DNA from: an uncultured Bdellovibrionales bacterium
GTDB lineage: Bacteria; Patescibacteriota; Minisyncoccia; Moranbacterales; UBA1568
Direction: 5' to 3'
Length of the DNA stretch: 64,000 bases
NCBI GenBank assembly: GCA_964543815.1
Contig: CAZIZG010000007.1
Location: 2,781 to 66,780, forward strand
Below are positions 11,982 to 21,619 of this stretch, piece after piece. Made by a program: the position numbers and the translations under genes. A model generated the notes under the pieces. The model saw only the letters and a list, made by a program, of their open reading frames with translations, was not told the DNA's origin and did no database searches. Numbering within the stretch: position 1 is the stretch's first letter; each line of letters begins with the position of its first letter.

Positions 11982-12917
11982 TTAATTTACGGTTTTGTTC
12001 TTAACTGAACGAGCGATATCTTCACCAAGATTCCTCACTTTATCTTTAAGGGATTTCATCTCAGTATTGAGTGCCGCCCAAGCTGTAGGCTCCTCCTCAG
12101 TATCAAGTGATGTCTGTACTTCATCCATTCGGGCGCGCAGTTGAATATACTGTTCACGCTTCTGTGCCAAAGTAAACTCTGGTTGGGTATGCTCTAACGA
12201 TGGAAACGAAATTGAGTCCCCTCCCTGAACCGAACCAGTCACTGGTCGTTCCCCAGCCGGTACTGTAAAAGTTCGGCCCGCTACCCCCGTTTCGCCCATT
12301 TTCTCCCCTTGTGCTGCCAATGCTCGTCGAGCGGCCTCAATTTGCTTCTCAAGAGGCGCCAAAGTAAACATCAGCTGAGCTTGCTCGGTTGCTTTTTCGG
12401 AAAGAAGCTTTTTCTGAGCAGCCGCAATAGCAGGATCTTGGCCTGGTCTCCCTGCTTCCTGCTGGAGCCGCGCGATATCTCTGGTCAGACTCTGAAGAGT
12501 CGCCTCCTTGGCTGCGAGCGCACTCTCAAGCCGACTAAGTGACTGCTTTTCTAAAGTCAAAACAGGATTAACCGAAATATCTTTGCCCGGTCCGAACTCC
12601 GCTCCCTTTGGCACAAGCACTTGGTCAAGTTTGGACGCGTGAATCTTCATATCCTCAAGGCCAGAACCCTGTGTCGTAGACAGTCCCTGACGCAAACGCT
12701 CAAACTCGGCATCAGGAGTCTCTAGTCCCTTCTCGAGCAAATCAAATCCGGCCTGAAGCTTACCGTAGGTCGGTTCAATATTCGTATAGCCAGTCTTTCT
12801 CCGAGCCAGCGCCTCCGGAGCATCCCTTGAAAGGACAGGCCGATCAGAATCAAAATATGAAAGGTCTTTTTTTTCCGATACTGCCGATGGGTCAACCTGG
12901 GGTTTTTCGGGAGACAT
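11982..12917 (-). CDS. Hypothetical coiled-coil protein
   Basis: 311 aa with long heptad-like segments and no TM. Confidence 0.5.
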   Translation of the reverse strand: MSPEKPQVDPSAVSEKKDLSYFDSDRPVLSRDAPEALARRKTGYTNIEPTYGKLQAGFDLLEKGLETPDAEFERLRQGLSTTQGSGLEDMKIHASKLDQVLVPKGAEFGPGKDISVNPVLTLEKQSLSRLESALAAKEATLQSLTRDIARLQQEAGRPGQDPAIAAAQKKLLSEKATEQAQLMFTLAPLEKQIEAARRALAAQGEKMGETGVAGRTFTVPAGERPVTGSVQGGDSISFPSLEHTQPEFTLAQKREQYIQLRARMDEVQTSLDTEEEPTAWAALNTEMKSLKDKVRNLGEDIARSVKNKTVN

Positions 12918-12952
12918 ACGCTCTACAATTTGAAAATGAAATTAAGACTCCG

Positions 12953-13456
12953 TTATTGCCTCGTTTCTTGTACCGCTTCGTGAAACATCTTTTCATTATT
13001 CAAGTCATCCAAGACAACTTTTCCTGCCTCAAATTCCTGTCTGAGTCTCGTGCGCTCAGCAATGATAGCTGCCTGTTTGGTCTCGTGCTCAGCTAAAACA
13101 CTTGAATCAACATTCTTCCCTAATTCCTGAAGTTTAGCCTTCATACCAGCCATACTCTTGGCATTAGCCTCATGTTCCGCTTTCAGAATATCGGATTGTA
13201 CCTTGAGCGCCAGAAGTTCCTTTTTCTTCGCATCAATTTCACCTGGCAATTCAGCCAAGCGGGCTTCAGCCACTTTTTCCAATTCACGAGAAGCGCCTGA
13301 CTCTGCATCCTCTTCTTCAGTCTTTCCCGCTTCTATCTGATGACCAAGAAGCAAATCATTTGCCAAAGATCCCTCATCAAAATTCGCCTTCATAGCAGCT
13401 CTCGCTCGCTGTGCTTCCTTACTACCTCGCATGATTTCAGCTTCGTTCATAACCAA
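12953..13456 (-). CDS. Hypothetical acidic coiled-coil protein
   Basis: 167 aa, E/K/A-rich heptads, no TM. Confidence 0.5.
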   Translation of the reverse strand: MVMNEAEIMRGSKEAQRARAAMKANFDEGSLANDLLLGHQIEAGKTEEEDAESGASRELEKVAEARLAELPGEIDAKKKELLALKVQSDILKAEHEANAKSMAGMKAKLQELGKNVDSSVLAEHETKQAAIIAERTRLRQEFEAGKVVLDDLNNEKMFHEAVQETRQ

Positions 13457-13587
13457 AGAGAAAAGGGTTAAAAATCGTTAGTACACTTTTAATATTATAC
13501 ACCTTTTTTATCAAAAAGTCAATGACTGAAATTCGATGACATTTTTACGCCACCAGTATACCATATCCCCTTGAATAAGCCTTAGTT

Positions 13588-14460
13588 CTACTCCTTGACC
13601 AACTGAGGGAAGATGCGTTCAAAATTTGCTTCCGTGGCTTTTTCTACCTCGACTACCGTGACGTCATGAAGCTGCGCTATCCGGTGAGCAACCCCAAGTA
13701 CAAGGGCTGGTTCATTGCGTTCCCCTCGATGTGTCTGTGGCGCAAGAAACGGACAGTCCGTCTCGGTAAAAATGCGCTCAAGCGGAATCATTGTGACTGT
13801 TTCCGAGAGGTCATCTTTGGTGCCGACGATCGCCTTTTTCACTGGGTAGGTGATATTACCCGTGAAGGAAAAAAAGACATTCGGTAACGTCAAAAATTTT
13901 TTGGTCACTTCCGTGTCGCCCATATAACAGTGAAGGATAGCTGCCTTCAAGAGAGGACTCTGCTCTTGTAATATTTCAAACATATCACGGTAAGCATCAT
14001 CACTTCCGGGACTCGCCCGACAATGTAGAATCAGCGGAAGCTCAAGTTCTATGGCAAGATGTATCTGGGCCAAAAACCCTCTCTTCTGTCTCTCCTTTTG
14101 TTCGTCAGTAATGAGTTGCTTGGGATCATGGCTATAGTATTCTAATCCGCATTCTCCAATCGCTACGACCTTCTCATGCTTCGCCAATTCCCTCAGTTCT
14201 TTTATCTGATTTTCCAGATTCAAAATTCCGGATTCTAGATTTAAATCCTGGGGATGAATCCCGACGCTCGCAGAGATATCCGGGTATTCCTTCGCGAGCG
14301 CAACACACGCTTTACTTTCCTCCACCGTACAGCCAACCACAAAGAGCTTCTTCACACCAGCCTCTTTCGCACGCAAAATTACTGCGTCACGATCCGTGTC
14401 GTAACTGTGCCAATAAAGGTGAGTATGGATATCATACATAGTTGTCAGTTTTCGTATCAC
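13588..14460 (-). CDS. tatD: TatD-family metal-dependent hydrolase (DNase)
   Basis: Contains the TatD motif DIHTHL near the N-terminus and conserved His/Asp/Glu blocks. The true start may be the internal Met at 14439. Confidence 0.85.
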   Translation of the reverse strand: MIRKLTTMYDIHTHLYWHSYDTDRDAVILRAKEAGVKKLFVVGCTVEESKACVALAKEYPDISASVGIHPQDLNLESGILNLENQIKELRELAKHEKVVAIGECGLEYYSHDPKQLITDEQKERQKRGFLAQIHLAIELELPLILHCRASPGSDDAYRDMFEILQEQSPLLKAAILHCYMGDTEVTKKFLTLPNVFFSFTGNITYPVKKAIVGTKDDLSETVTMIPLERIFTETDCPFLAPQTHRGERNEPALVLGVAHRIAQLHDVTVVEVEKATEANFERIFPQLVKE

Positions 14461-14465
14461 TTGCT

Positions 14466-14630
14466 ATGGTAGGGGCAACGCCACTCCCCCTAGGAGACAC
14501 CGTGCGCCTTCGTCACCGCGAAATGCTCCAGGCCATCCTCATCTGCGCCATGCTCATGGCAGTCGGTCTCTTGGCCAGCCACTTCGGCACCATCGACCTT
14601 GACGGACTCTTCGCCCTGGCCCGCACCTGA
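14466..14630 (+). other. GC-rich islet with a possible small plus-strand ORF (35-54 aa, one TM) or a structured sRNA
   Basis: Local GC and GC3 are far above the flanks. A TTGTCA-17-TATGGT promoter-like element lies at 14442-14470 and a plus-strand terminator at 14650-14681. No convincing SD was found, so coding status is uncertain. Confidence 0.25.
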
Positions 14631-14649
14631 GCAACGCTCGACCCCATAC

Positions 14650-14681
14650 GACCGAAACATCGGTCGTTTTTCATTTATTTT
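14650..14681 (+). terminator. Intrinsic terminator on the plus strand
   Basis: gaccga-aaca-tcggtc hairpin followed by GUUUUUCAUUUAUUUUAUU. The U-tract is only on the plus strand. Confidence 0.45.
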
Positions 14682-16120
14682 ATTCGTTGAAAAAGCGGTT
14701 CCACTTTTCCAGACATGAGAGCGGTAGCAATCTTGTCAGACGTACCTGGGAGAAACGGTCGAATCTCCGACCCAATGAGCGCCAATTGGTGCCTGGCATA
14801 TTTCATTACCTCAACAAACTTCTCTGATCGGGCTTCTAGTTTCCATGGCTCTTCTTTGCCGAGGTATTCATTGAGCATTTGGACGTTCGTCCAGATATGA
14901 ACGAGGGCACTCGAGAGGTCAAACTTAGCAAAGAAGGGTTCGAGTGCTCCAGACACCCCTTCCTCTGTCACTTCAATCTGCTTCGCCTCTTCGGTTGAAA
15001 GTTTTTCACTCAATTTGATGATGCGTGACACTAAATTGCCAAGGCCATTAGCCAAATCCGCATTGTATTTCTCGATCATTTTTTCCCACGATAAATCACC
15101 ATCTCGCGTGTACGGGAGTGCCGTGATGAGGAGATAGCGTGTCCCATCGATACCGAACTTTTCCACCAATTCATTCGGGTAGATGACATTGCCGAGAGAC
15201 TTCGACATTTTCTGACCATTGATGGTCAGATACTCATGTGCATAGATAGTGGTCGGAAGCGGGATGTCAGCTGAGAGGAGCATGGCTGGCCAGTAGATAG
15301 CATGGAAGCGAAGGATACCCTTGCCAATGACGTGCACCCGCTCGGAATCGCTCGCCCAGAATTGCTGATACAAATCCCCATCAGTGGCATAATCGAGCGC
15401 CGTGATGTAGTTCGAAAGCGCATCTACCCATACGTACATAATCTGTGTCTCATCCCCTGGTACTGGTACACCCCAGTTGCGGGCTCGAGCCACCGAACGA
15501 GAGATAGAGAAATCCTCGAGGCCCATCTTGAGAAACGACACTACTTCGTTCTTGCGATAGTCAGGATATATAGCAAGCTCACCACTCTCAATGAGTACAA
15601 GAAGTCTCTCCTGATAGTTGGAAAGTTTGAAAAACCAGTTTTCTTCTTCCACAACTTCTGGCTCCTTCAGATGATCCGGACACTCGCCGTTCACCAGGTC
15701 TTTCTCATTTTTAAACTCTTCACAGCCGACACAGTAGAGCCCTCTATACTTCTTCTTGTACAAATCTTCCGGTTTGAATGCAGCCCACATCTTTTGCGCC
15801 CCCACGAAGTGGCGCTCTTCGGTCGTCCGAATGAACTGATTAAAAGACAAATCAAGAGACTGGGCAAGCGCTTTGAAAGCCTCGGCATTTTCCGCTACAA
15901 ATTCTTTTGTTTCTCGACCAGCTTTCTCCGCCGCTTGGACATTCTTGAGACTGTTTTCATCCGAACCAGTGAGGAAGTAGGTTGGGCGGGACTGCTTGGC
16001 ATAGCGAGCCACGACGTCGGTCAACACCTTCTCAACCGCATGGCCAACATGAGGCGCTGCGTTGACATAGTCAATAGCCGTCGTGATAAAAAATGGCTTA
16101 TTTTCAGTATTATTTCCCAT
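14675..16120 (-). CDS. metG: Methionyl-tRNA synthetase
   Basis: 481 aa with the HIGH-type motif APHVGHA, KMSKS and a Cys-rich knuckle (CVGCEEF...CPDH). Confidence 0.95.
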   Translation of the reverse strand: MGNNTENKPFFITTAIDYVNAAPHVGHAVEKVLTDVVARYAKQSRPTYFLTGSDENSLKNVQAAEKAGRETKEFVAENAEAFKALAQSLDLSFNQFIRTTEERHFVGAQKMWAAFKPEDLYKKKYRGLYCVGCEEFKNEKDLVNGECPDHLKEPEVVEEENWFFKLSNYQERLLVLIESGELAIYPDYRKNEVVSFLKMGLEDFSISRSVARARNWGVPVPGDETQIMYVWVDALSNYITALDYATDGDLYQQFWASDSERVHVIGKGILRFHAIYWPAMLLSADIPLPTTIYAHEYLTINGQKMSKSLGNVIYPNELVEKFGIDGTRYLLITALPYTRDGDLSWEKMIEKYNADLANGLGNLVSRIIKLSEKLSTEEAKQIEVTEEGVSGALEPFFAKFDLSSALVHIWTNVQMLNEYLGKEEPWKLEARSEKFVEVMKYARHQLALIGSEIRPFLPGTSDKIATALMSGKVEPLFQRIK

Positions 16121-16126
16121 AATATC

Positions 16127-16155
16127 TTGACACTTCGTTATTTATGATGTATAAT
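16127..16155 (+). promoter_or_regulatory. Consensus sigma70-type promoter
   Basis: TTGACA (16127-16132), 17-nt spacer, TATAAT (16150-16155). Confidence 0.5.
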
Positions 16156-16209
16156 GCATAGAACAGTACCATCGGTGCTGTCAGTTCCCCAACAACCTGG
16201 AGGTCCAAC

Positions 16210-16485
16210 ATGGACACCGAAGAGAAATTGACTGGGATCGAGGCCTTCTTGTTCGATACGGCCATGGGCGTCGCCATTGTGCTGGGTTGGCTCCTCGCAG
16301 CGGGGAGCTATCTGCTCCAACCGGAACGCAAGCAAACCCTCCAGCATGACTGGAACAGCCGGAAGGACTTCCGGCAAAGCGGCCTCCAACCGCAAAGTCG
16401 CGATGTGAGCGGCATGGTCATCGCCGGCATCACGCTGGTGTTGATCGCAGTGACCCTGATTGCCCTCTACCCCCGCCCTCTCTGA
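16210..16485 (+). CDS. Small GC-rich two-TM membrane protein (91 aa)
   Basis: SD TGGAGGT lies 6 nt upstream of the ATG. Two hydrophobic helices. GC3 is high relative to neighbours and the gene is followed by a terminator. Confidence 0.55.
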   Translation: MDTEEKLTGIEAFLFDTAMGVAIVLGWLLAAGSYLLQPERKQTLQHDWNSRKDFRQSGLQPQSRDVSGMVIAGITLVLIAVTLIALYPRPL

Positions 16486-16490
16486 CCCCC

Positions 16491-16530
16491 GAGCCCGATG
16501 CGTACTGCGCGTCGGGCTCGAACACTTTTT
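16491..16530 (+). terminator. Intrinsic terminator
   Basis: gagcccga...tcgggctc 8-bp stem followed by GAACACUUUUU. Confidence 0.6.
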
Positions 16531-16688
16531 AAGAACCCTTTTTCATACTATAAGTCATTTTCTTTCAGAAAAGCAATGGGAGAGAGCGTAGAATTCACCC
16601 GAAGAAATTCTTAGGTTCACCATTGTGTGCTCCCACAAAGCGGACCGGCTATGCCGGATTACACAGGATTCACCCCGTGAAATATCCG

Positions 16689-17408
16689 CTAAGCGGATAC
16701 CTTGTCTGACAAGGATTTCACAGGGTAAACAATAATCGTAAACTCTCCCTTCATTTTCCCAACCTTGGCCATCAAATATTCTTTTATCTCGGTCACACTT
16801 CCCCGTACCACTTCTTCAAAAACCTTGGTCAGCTCTCGTCCGAGAACGAGTTTTTTGTGAGGTGCCAGTTCAGTGAGAAACTCGAGATTTTTTATGACTC
16901 GATGAGGCGATTCGTAGTAGATAACTGGCAAAGCACTTGCAGCCACTTGTTTGAAAAAAGTCTCTCTCCCCTTCTTGTGAGGTGGAAATCCCAAGAAAGT
17001 GAATTCGCGCATATCAATCCCGGCCACTGAGATAATCGCTCCAAGAGCTGATGCACCAGGGATTGGTACTACCTGTATCCCTGCGGTAGCGGCGAGGGAC
17101 ACCAAGACATTGCCCGGGTCAGATATTCCCGGTGTGCCAGCATCAGTGACGAGCGCCATATTTTCACCCGCAAGCATCCGGTCGATGAGTTTCTGTGCTT
17201 TGTCCGCTTCGGTATGCTCATGAAAAGAAATGAGCGGTTTCTTCATTTCAAAATGACGAAGGAGATGGCCGGTGACCCGCGTATCTTCGGACAACACCAC
17301 ATCAACACTTTTCAGAGTCTCAAGCGCCCGAAGAGTGATATCACCGAGATTCCCAATAGGCGTAGCCACGATGTAGAGGATACCTGAAATCATACAAGAA
17401 ATTTTCAA
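16689..17408 (-). CDS. rsmI: 16S rRNA (cytidine1402-2'-O)-methyltransferase
   Basis: N-terminal LYIVATPIGNLGDITLRALETL and the tetrapyrrole-methylase fold motifs. Confidence 0.9.
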   Translation of the reverse strand: MKISCMISGILYIVATPIGNLGDITLRALETLKSVDVVLSEDTRVTGHLLRHFEMKKPLISFHEHTEADKAQKLIDRMLAGENMALVTDAGTPGISDPGNVLVSLAATAGIQVVPIPGASALGAIISVAGIDMREFTFLGFPPHKKGRETFFKQVAASALPVIYYESPHRVIKNLEFLTELAPHKKLVLGRELTKVFEEVVRGSVTEIKEYLMAKVGKMKGEFTIIVYPVKSLSDKVSA

Positions 17409-17495
17409 TTTTCAAACAATGTTTTAATTTCTTAATTTTGAAATTTGTTCATTTTGAATTGTTTAAAAATTGAAACTTAGAAATTAGAAATTTAC

Positions 17496-18527
17496 TTATC
17501 CTTGCTTTTCTTTCTTGAGCAGCAGGTCTTCCACAAACACCGAGAGAATCATCGTAATCGGAACAGAAAGAATGATACCAAGTGCGCCACCAAGCTCCAA
17601 TCCGACCAGAATAGCGATAATGAGAGCAACCGGATTGAGACCAGCCGAATGTTTCATCACCTGTGGCGCCACGATGTGTGCCTCCACCTGATGGGCCACG
17701 ATATAAAAGGCGAGGGCTGAAACACCGAGAAGTGGCGAAGAAAGAAGACCGACCAAGATAGCTGGCACGGCAGCAAGTACCGGTCCGACATAGGGAAGAA
17801 TCTCCATGAACCCACCAAAGAACGCTATGGCCAGCGCATACGGAACATCAAGGAGCGAAAGTCCGACAAAATAGATACCAAAAGCGATGACCATGAGCAG
17901 CATTTGGCCAAAAAGCCACTGACTCACCTTGCCCTGCATCCGGGTGGCAAGTGAGCGAGCCTGAGCATGGTATTCCTTGGGTGTCATGAGGAGAAAGAAT
18001 TTTTCAATACCTTGTTCCTCAAGCGACAGGTAGAGAGCGAGGAAAAAATATCCAATGAAATGGATAAAACCCTGAAACAGATTGATGGTGGTCGAAAAAA
18101 TTTGTGAGAACCAATGAGAGATATTACCCTCAATATTTTGCGAAAACTCATCTTTGCTGAACTCTATCCCGATACTCTCTGCGTATAACTGGATACCATT
18201 CATGAAAGAATCAAGCCGCTTGGTATACTGTGGCCAGTTGTCGAGAAACTGCTTGATTTCCGAGAAGAAGAGTGGCAGAAATACCGCGAGTAATATCACT
18301 CCTATGGCAAACAAAATCGCGTAGGCAATAATAACTGCCGCCGTCCGTGACAAACCAAACTTTTGGAGCCGGGTGATAGCTGGTACCAAAGCTGCCGCTG
18401 TCAATACCGAGAGAAGAACAAGAATAACCACATCCCGAATGAGATACACGACATAGGCCGCTGCCAAAAGGAGCGCTGCTCGCACAAGCACTTTGGTTCC
18501 CACTTCAACGTGGTCACTCACCGTCAT
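17496..18527 (-). CDS. AI-2E family transporter (PerM/UPF0118)
   Basis: 343-aa polytopic protein with a conserved C-terminal block (FFGGFMEILPYVGPVLAAVP). Confidence 0.85.
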   Translation of the reverse strand: MTVSDHVEVGTKVLVRAALLLAAAYVVYLIRDVVILVLLSVLTAAALVPAITRLQKFGLSRTAAVIIAYAILFAIGVILLAVFLPLFFSEIKQFLDNWPQYTKRLDSFMNGIQLYAESIGIEFSKDEFSQNIEGNISHWFSQIFSTTINLFQGFIHFIGYFFLALYLSLEEQGIEKFFLLMTPKEYHAQARSLATRMQGKVSQWLFGQMLLMVIAFGIYFVGLSLLDVPYALAIAFFGGFMEILPYVGPVLAAVPAILVGLLSSPLLGVSALAFYIVAHQVEAHIVAPQVMKHSAGLNPVALIIAILVGLELGGALGIILSVPITMILSVFVEDLLLKKEKQG

Positions 18528-18537
18528 AGTATTTCCA

Positions 18538-19806
18538 TTAAAATTTCACCAGTTTTTTTAACTTGGCAACAGACGCCTTGGGTCCGATGACCGCGAGGTT
18601 AAGTTTTTTATTGACGAAAATATCACCTGCCACCCGGAGCACATCATCAGCGGTCACTTGATCAATCCTTTTGGCTACTTCTTTGGGAAGCGTAATCTCA
18701 CCTCGAATAGTTTCCTGACTCACCAGATACTCTACTACATCATCTGAGCCCTCGAGTCCCATAGCGAGTTTACCCTTGATATATTCCTTGGCCTTTTTCA
18801 ATTCTGACGCCTCTACTTTTTCTGTAGCAACCTTTCGGTACTCGTCAAGAATAACAGCGATAGTCTTTTCCAAATTTTCATGCTCCACTCCAGCCTGAGT
18901 AGCAAGATAACCAGCATCATGGAAGGCCTCAGTCATAGTATGGACACTGTAGGCCAACCCCCGTCGCTCCCGCACCGCCATGAAGAGTCGACTCGACATC
19001 CCGCCGCCCAAGAGGGTTGAGAGGACCGAGAGAACATAGCGATCGGGATGAAACATATCATAGGTTCGTACTCCAAGAATGAACTGAGTCTGATCTGTCT
19101 TTTTCGATTGTACGAAAACCTCCGGAACACTCTGCTTCTTGGTATTTTTCTTGAAAACTGGCCTCTTACCCGTCCTGATACCAGCAAAATGTTTTTCAAT
19201 CTCTTTCTTTACTCTCTTAGGATCAATATTGCCCGCCACCCCAATCACCACGTTTTCAGCCACGTAGCCCCGCTTCAAGTACTTGATGAAGTCAGCTCGC
19301 ATGAAGCGCCTCAGGTTTTCTTTGGGACCAATAATCTCCCAACCGAGTGGCGTATCACCATAGAGATGAAGCTCCCACAGGTCGCCGATATGACGCATGG
19401 GCATATCTTCATACATATTGAGTTCCTGAAGCACCGGGCCACGCTCGCGATCAATCTCCTCCTGTTCGATTTTGGCGTTGAGAAAGAGATCGGAGACTAC
19501 GTCCAGTGCTGTCTCCCAATGATGCGCCTCCACTTTAGCATAGTAGGCGGTACGATCCTTGCCGGTATAAGCGTTGTATTCCGCCCCAATAGCATCGAGT
19601 TCCTTGGAAATATCCATCGCGGTCGGTCGACGCTCTGTCCCTTTGAAAAACATGTGTTCAAGAAAGTGCGCCAAGCCATTTTCTGCTCGCGTCTCATAGC
19701 GTGACCCGACTCCGGTCATCACAATGACCGTGGCTGTCTGCGTCTCCTTCATCGGTGCGAGTAATACTCTCAGTCCGTTCTTTAGGGTGTATTTCTGGTA
19801 TTTCAT
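18538..19806 (-). CDS. M16-family zinc peptidase (insulinase-like)
   Basis: Inverted zinc-binding motif HFLEHMFFKGT...E; 422 aa. Confidence 0.85.
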   Translation of the reverse strand: MKYQKYTLKNGLRVLLAPMKETQTATVIVMTGVGSRYETRAENGLAHFLEHMFFKGTERRPTAMDISKELDAIGAEYNAYTGKDRTAYYAKVEAHHWETALDVVSDLFLNAKIEQEEIDRERGPVLQELNMYEDMPMRHIGDLWELHLYGDTPLGWEIIGPKENLRRFMRADFIKYLKRGYVAENVVIGVAGNIDPKRVKKEIEKHFAGIRTGKRPVFKKNTKKQSVPEVFVQSKKTDQTQFILGVRTYDMFHPDRYVLSVLSTLLGGGMSSRLFMAVRERRGLAYSVHTMTEAFHDAGYLATQAGVEHENLEKTIAVILDEYRKVATEKVEASELKKAKEYIKGKLAMGLEGSDDVVEYLVSQETIRGEITLPKEVAKRIDQVTADDVLRVAGDIFVNKKLNLAVIGPKASVAKLKKLVKF

Positions 19807-19817
19807 GAGAAATAATC

Positions 19818-21203
19818 TTAATGTTGTTTCAAATAATCGGTAAGTTCCGTAATCTGTACTCGTTCCTGCTGCATCGTGTCGCGGTCACGGACAGTAACAG
19901 CACCGTCGGTCAGAGTATCGAAGTCCACTGTTACACAGTGCGGGGTACCAATCTCATCCTGACGGCGGTAGCGCTTGCCGACATTACCGTTATCATCGAA
20001 CTCACAGCGGAAATCTTTTTTAAGCGAGTTGAAAATTTCTCTGGCTTTCTCTACCAATTCCGGTTTGTTCTTCATGAGTGGAAACACGGCTACCTGTACC
20101 GGAGCGAGTTTCTTCGGAAACCTAAGGACAATCCGAGTATCGCCTTCACCCACCTCTTCTTCCGTATACGCGTCAGTGAGCACGGCCAAAAAGGTACGTT
20201 CCACACCAACAGAAGTCTCGACAATCCACGGCACAAATTTTTCATTGGTCTGTGGATCGCGATAGGAAAGATCGACACCTGAGGACTTAGCATGCTGGGT
20301 CAGATCATAGTCACTGCGGTTATGTATGCCTTCAAGCTCCTTAAAACCAAAGGGGAAATTATACTCAATATCCCACGCTGCCTTGGCATAGAACACCAGG
20401 TTCTCATGCTGGTGGAAGCGGAGATTTTCTGGTTTGATACCAAGGTCGATATAGTATTGGAACCGCTTGGCCCGCCACTCCTCATAGACAGCGGCTGCCT
20501 CGCTGGGATGTACGAAATACTGCATTTCCATCTGTTCGAATTCACGCTTACGAAAAATAAATTGGCGAGCGGTAATTTCATTGCGGAACGCCTTACCAAT
20601 CTGGGCGATACCAAACGGCACTTTCACCCGAGAAGAATCAAGGACGTTTTTGAAATTGACGTAGATACCCTGACAAGTCTCACCACGGAGGTAGGTCGGC
20701 TCCTTGGTCCAATCGCCTGTGAAATTGCCGAGGTTTGACTGAACCAAAAGATTGAAGCTCTTCGCTTCACTGAAGTTCTGCTTGCCACACTTCGGACACT
20801 TTACCTTGGTTTTGTTATCAGTAAACAACTGGTTGATTTCTGCTTCCGTCATCTTTTCATCAGCAAACACCCCTACTTCCTCCAGAAGATGATCGACACG
20901 TACACGCGAGTGACACTCTTTGCACTCGGCGAGCGGATCCGAAAATCCTCCCACATGACCCGATGCCTCCCAGACCCGTGGGTGCATAAATATCGCACTA
21001 TCAAGCCCGACGATGTTCTCATGATCACGCACCATCGCCTGCCACCAAGCCTCGCGGATATTCTTGGCGAGCTCCACCCCGTATGGACCGAAATCATACA
21101 CGGCCGCAAATCCCCCGTAGATTTCTGAAGAGGGAAAGATGAATCCGCGCCGCTTGCACAGTGACACTATTTTTTCCATCACATCGTTCTTGGTCTCGGC
21201 CAT
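19818..21203 (-). CDS. glyQS: Glycyl-tRNA synthetase (alpha2 dimeric type)
   Basis: Class II motifs with a GlyRS-type N-terminus (MAETKNDVMEKIVSLCKRRGFIFPSSEIYGG). The track's first codon is TTG at 21215; ATG at 21203 is more likely. Confidence 0.93.
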   Translation of the reverse strand: MAETKNDVMEKIVSLCKRRGFIFPSSEIYGGFAAVYDFGPYGVELAKNIREAWWQAMVRDHENIVGLDSAIFMHPRVWEASGHVGGFSDPLAECKECHSRVRVDHLLEEVGVFADEKMTEAEINQLFTDNKTKVKCPKCGKQNFSEAKSFNLLVQSNLGNFTGDWTKEPTYLRGETCQGIYVNFKNVLDSSRVKVPFGIAQIGKAFRNEITARQFIFRKREFEQMEMQYFVHPSEAAAVYEEWRAKRFQYYIDLGIKPENLRFHQHENLVFYAKAAWDIEYNFPFGFKELEGIHNRSDYDLTQHAKSSGVDLSYRDPQTNEKFVPWIVETSVGVERTFLAVLTDAYTEEEVGEGDTRIVLRFPKKLAPVQVAVFPLMKNKPELVEKAREIFNSLKKDFRCEFDDNGNVGKRYRRQDEIGTPHCVTVDFDTLTDGAVTVRDRDTMQQERVQITELTDYLKQH

Positions 21204-21208
21204 AGTAG

Positions 21209-21237
21209 TTGACAAAATATGAATTCTCCTGTATAGT
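21209..21237 (+). promoter_or_regulatory. Near-consensus sigma70-type promoter
   Basis: TTGACA (21209-21214), 17-nt spacer, TATAGT (21232-21237). Confidence 0.5.
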
Positions 21238-21321
21238 ATACAAGTTGTTTTACAAGTTCATAGTACAGGCAAATCCCTGTTGTTTCAACCCAAAAGGCTC
21301 TCGCCGCTCGTTGGAGGATAC

Positions 21322-21609
21322 ATGCACTCGACTTCATATGCCGCACAAATGTGGGAGGTAGTCTCACATCTGGGATACATTCAGCTGGCCGGCGGCATCT
21401 TCTGCATAGGTGTCATTGCCTGCGTCGGAGCGATGCTCTGCTGGATCAAAGGCCGGTGGAAGAAGCCACCTTGTCCCAGAGCAACCTGCCAGTCCACCGA
21501 CGTGGAGCGCTTCACGCTCCCAAATGACCCAATCCGTCTCGTCCACTATCGCTGCCGCATGTGTGATCACGAGTGGCAAAGTGGTCCCACCCTCGTAGGA
21601 AACCATTGA
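21322..21609 (+). CDS. Small membrane-anchored zinc-ribbon protein (95 aa), GC-rich
   Basis: SD GGAGGA lies 5 nt upstream of the ATG. One TM followed by CPRATC...(x20)...CRMC. Paralogue of the next ORF. Confidence 0.55.
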   Translation: MHSTSYAAQMWEVVSHLGYIQLAGGIFCIGVIACVGAMLCWIKGRWKKPPCPRATCQSTDVERFTLPNDPIRLVHYRCRMCDHEWQSGPTLVGNH

Positions 21610-21619
21610 AGGAGCATCC

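Noticed and set aside
15302-16147. 281-aa plus-strand ORF
   Set aside because: Antisense shadow of metG; no motifs, and it overlaps a well-supported aaRS gene in full.
16150-16530. Possibility that the 16.1-16.5 kb GC-rich islet is RNase P RNA or SRP RNA
   Set aside because: I could not find the conserved P4 sequences (GGAAAGUCCGG / ACAGAARCCGGCUUA) or the SRP domain IV motif. A strong SD, an ORF and a terminator fit a small protein gene better. Not excluded without a covariance search.
19048-19704. 218-aa plus-strand ORF
   Set aside because: Antisense to the M16 peptidase gene; low complexity with no support.
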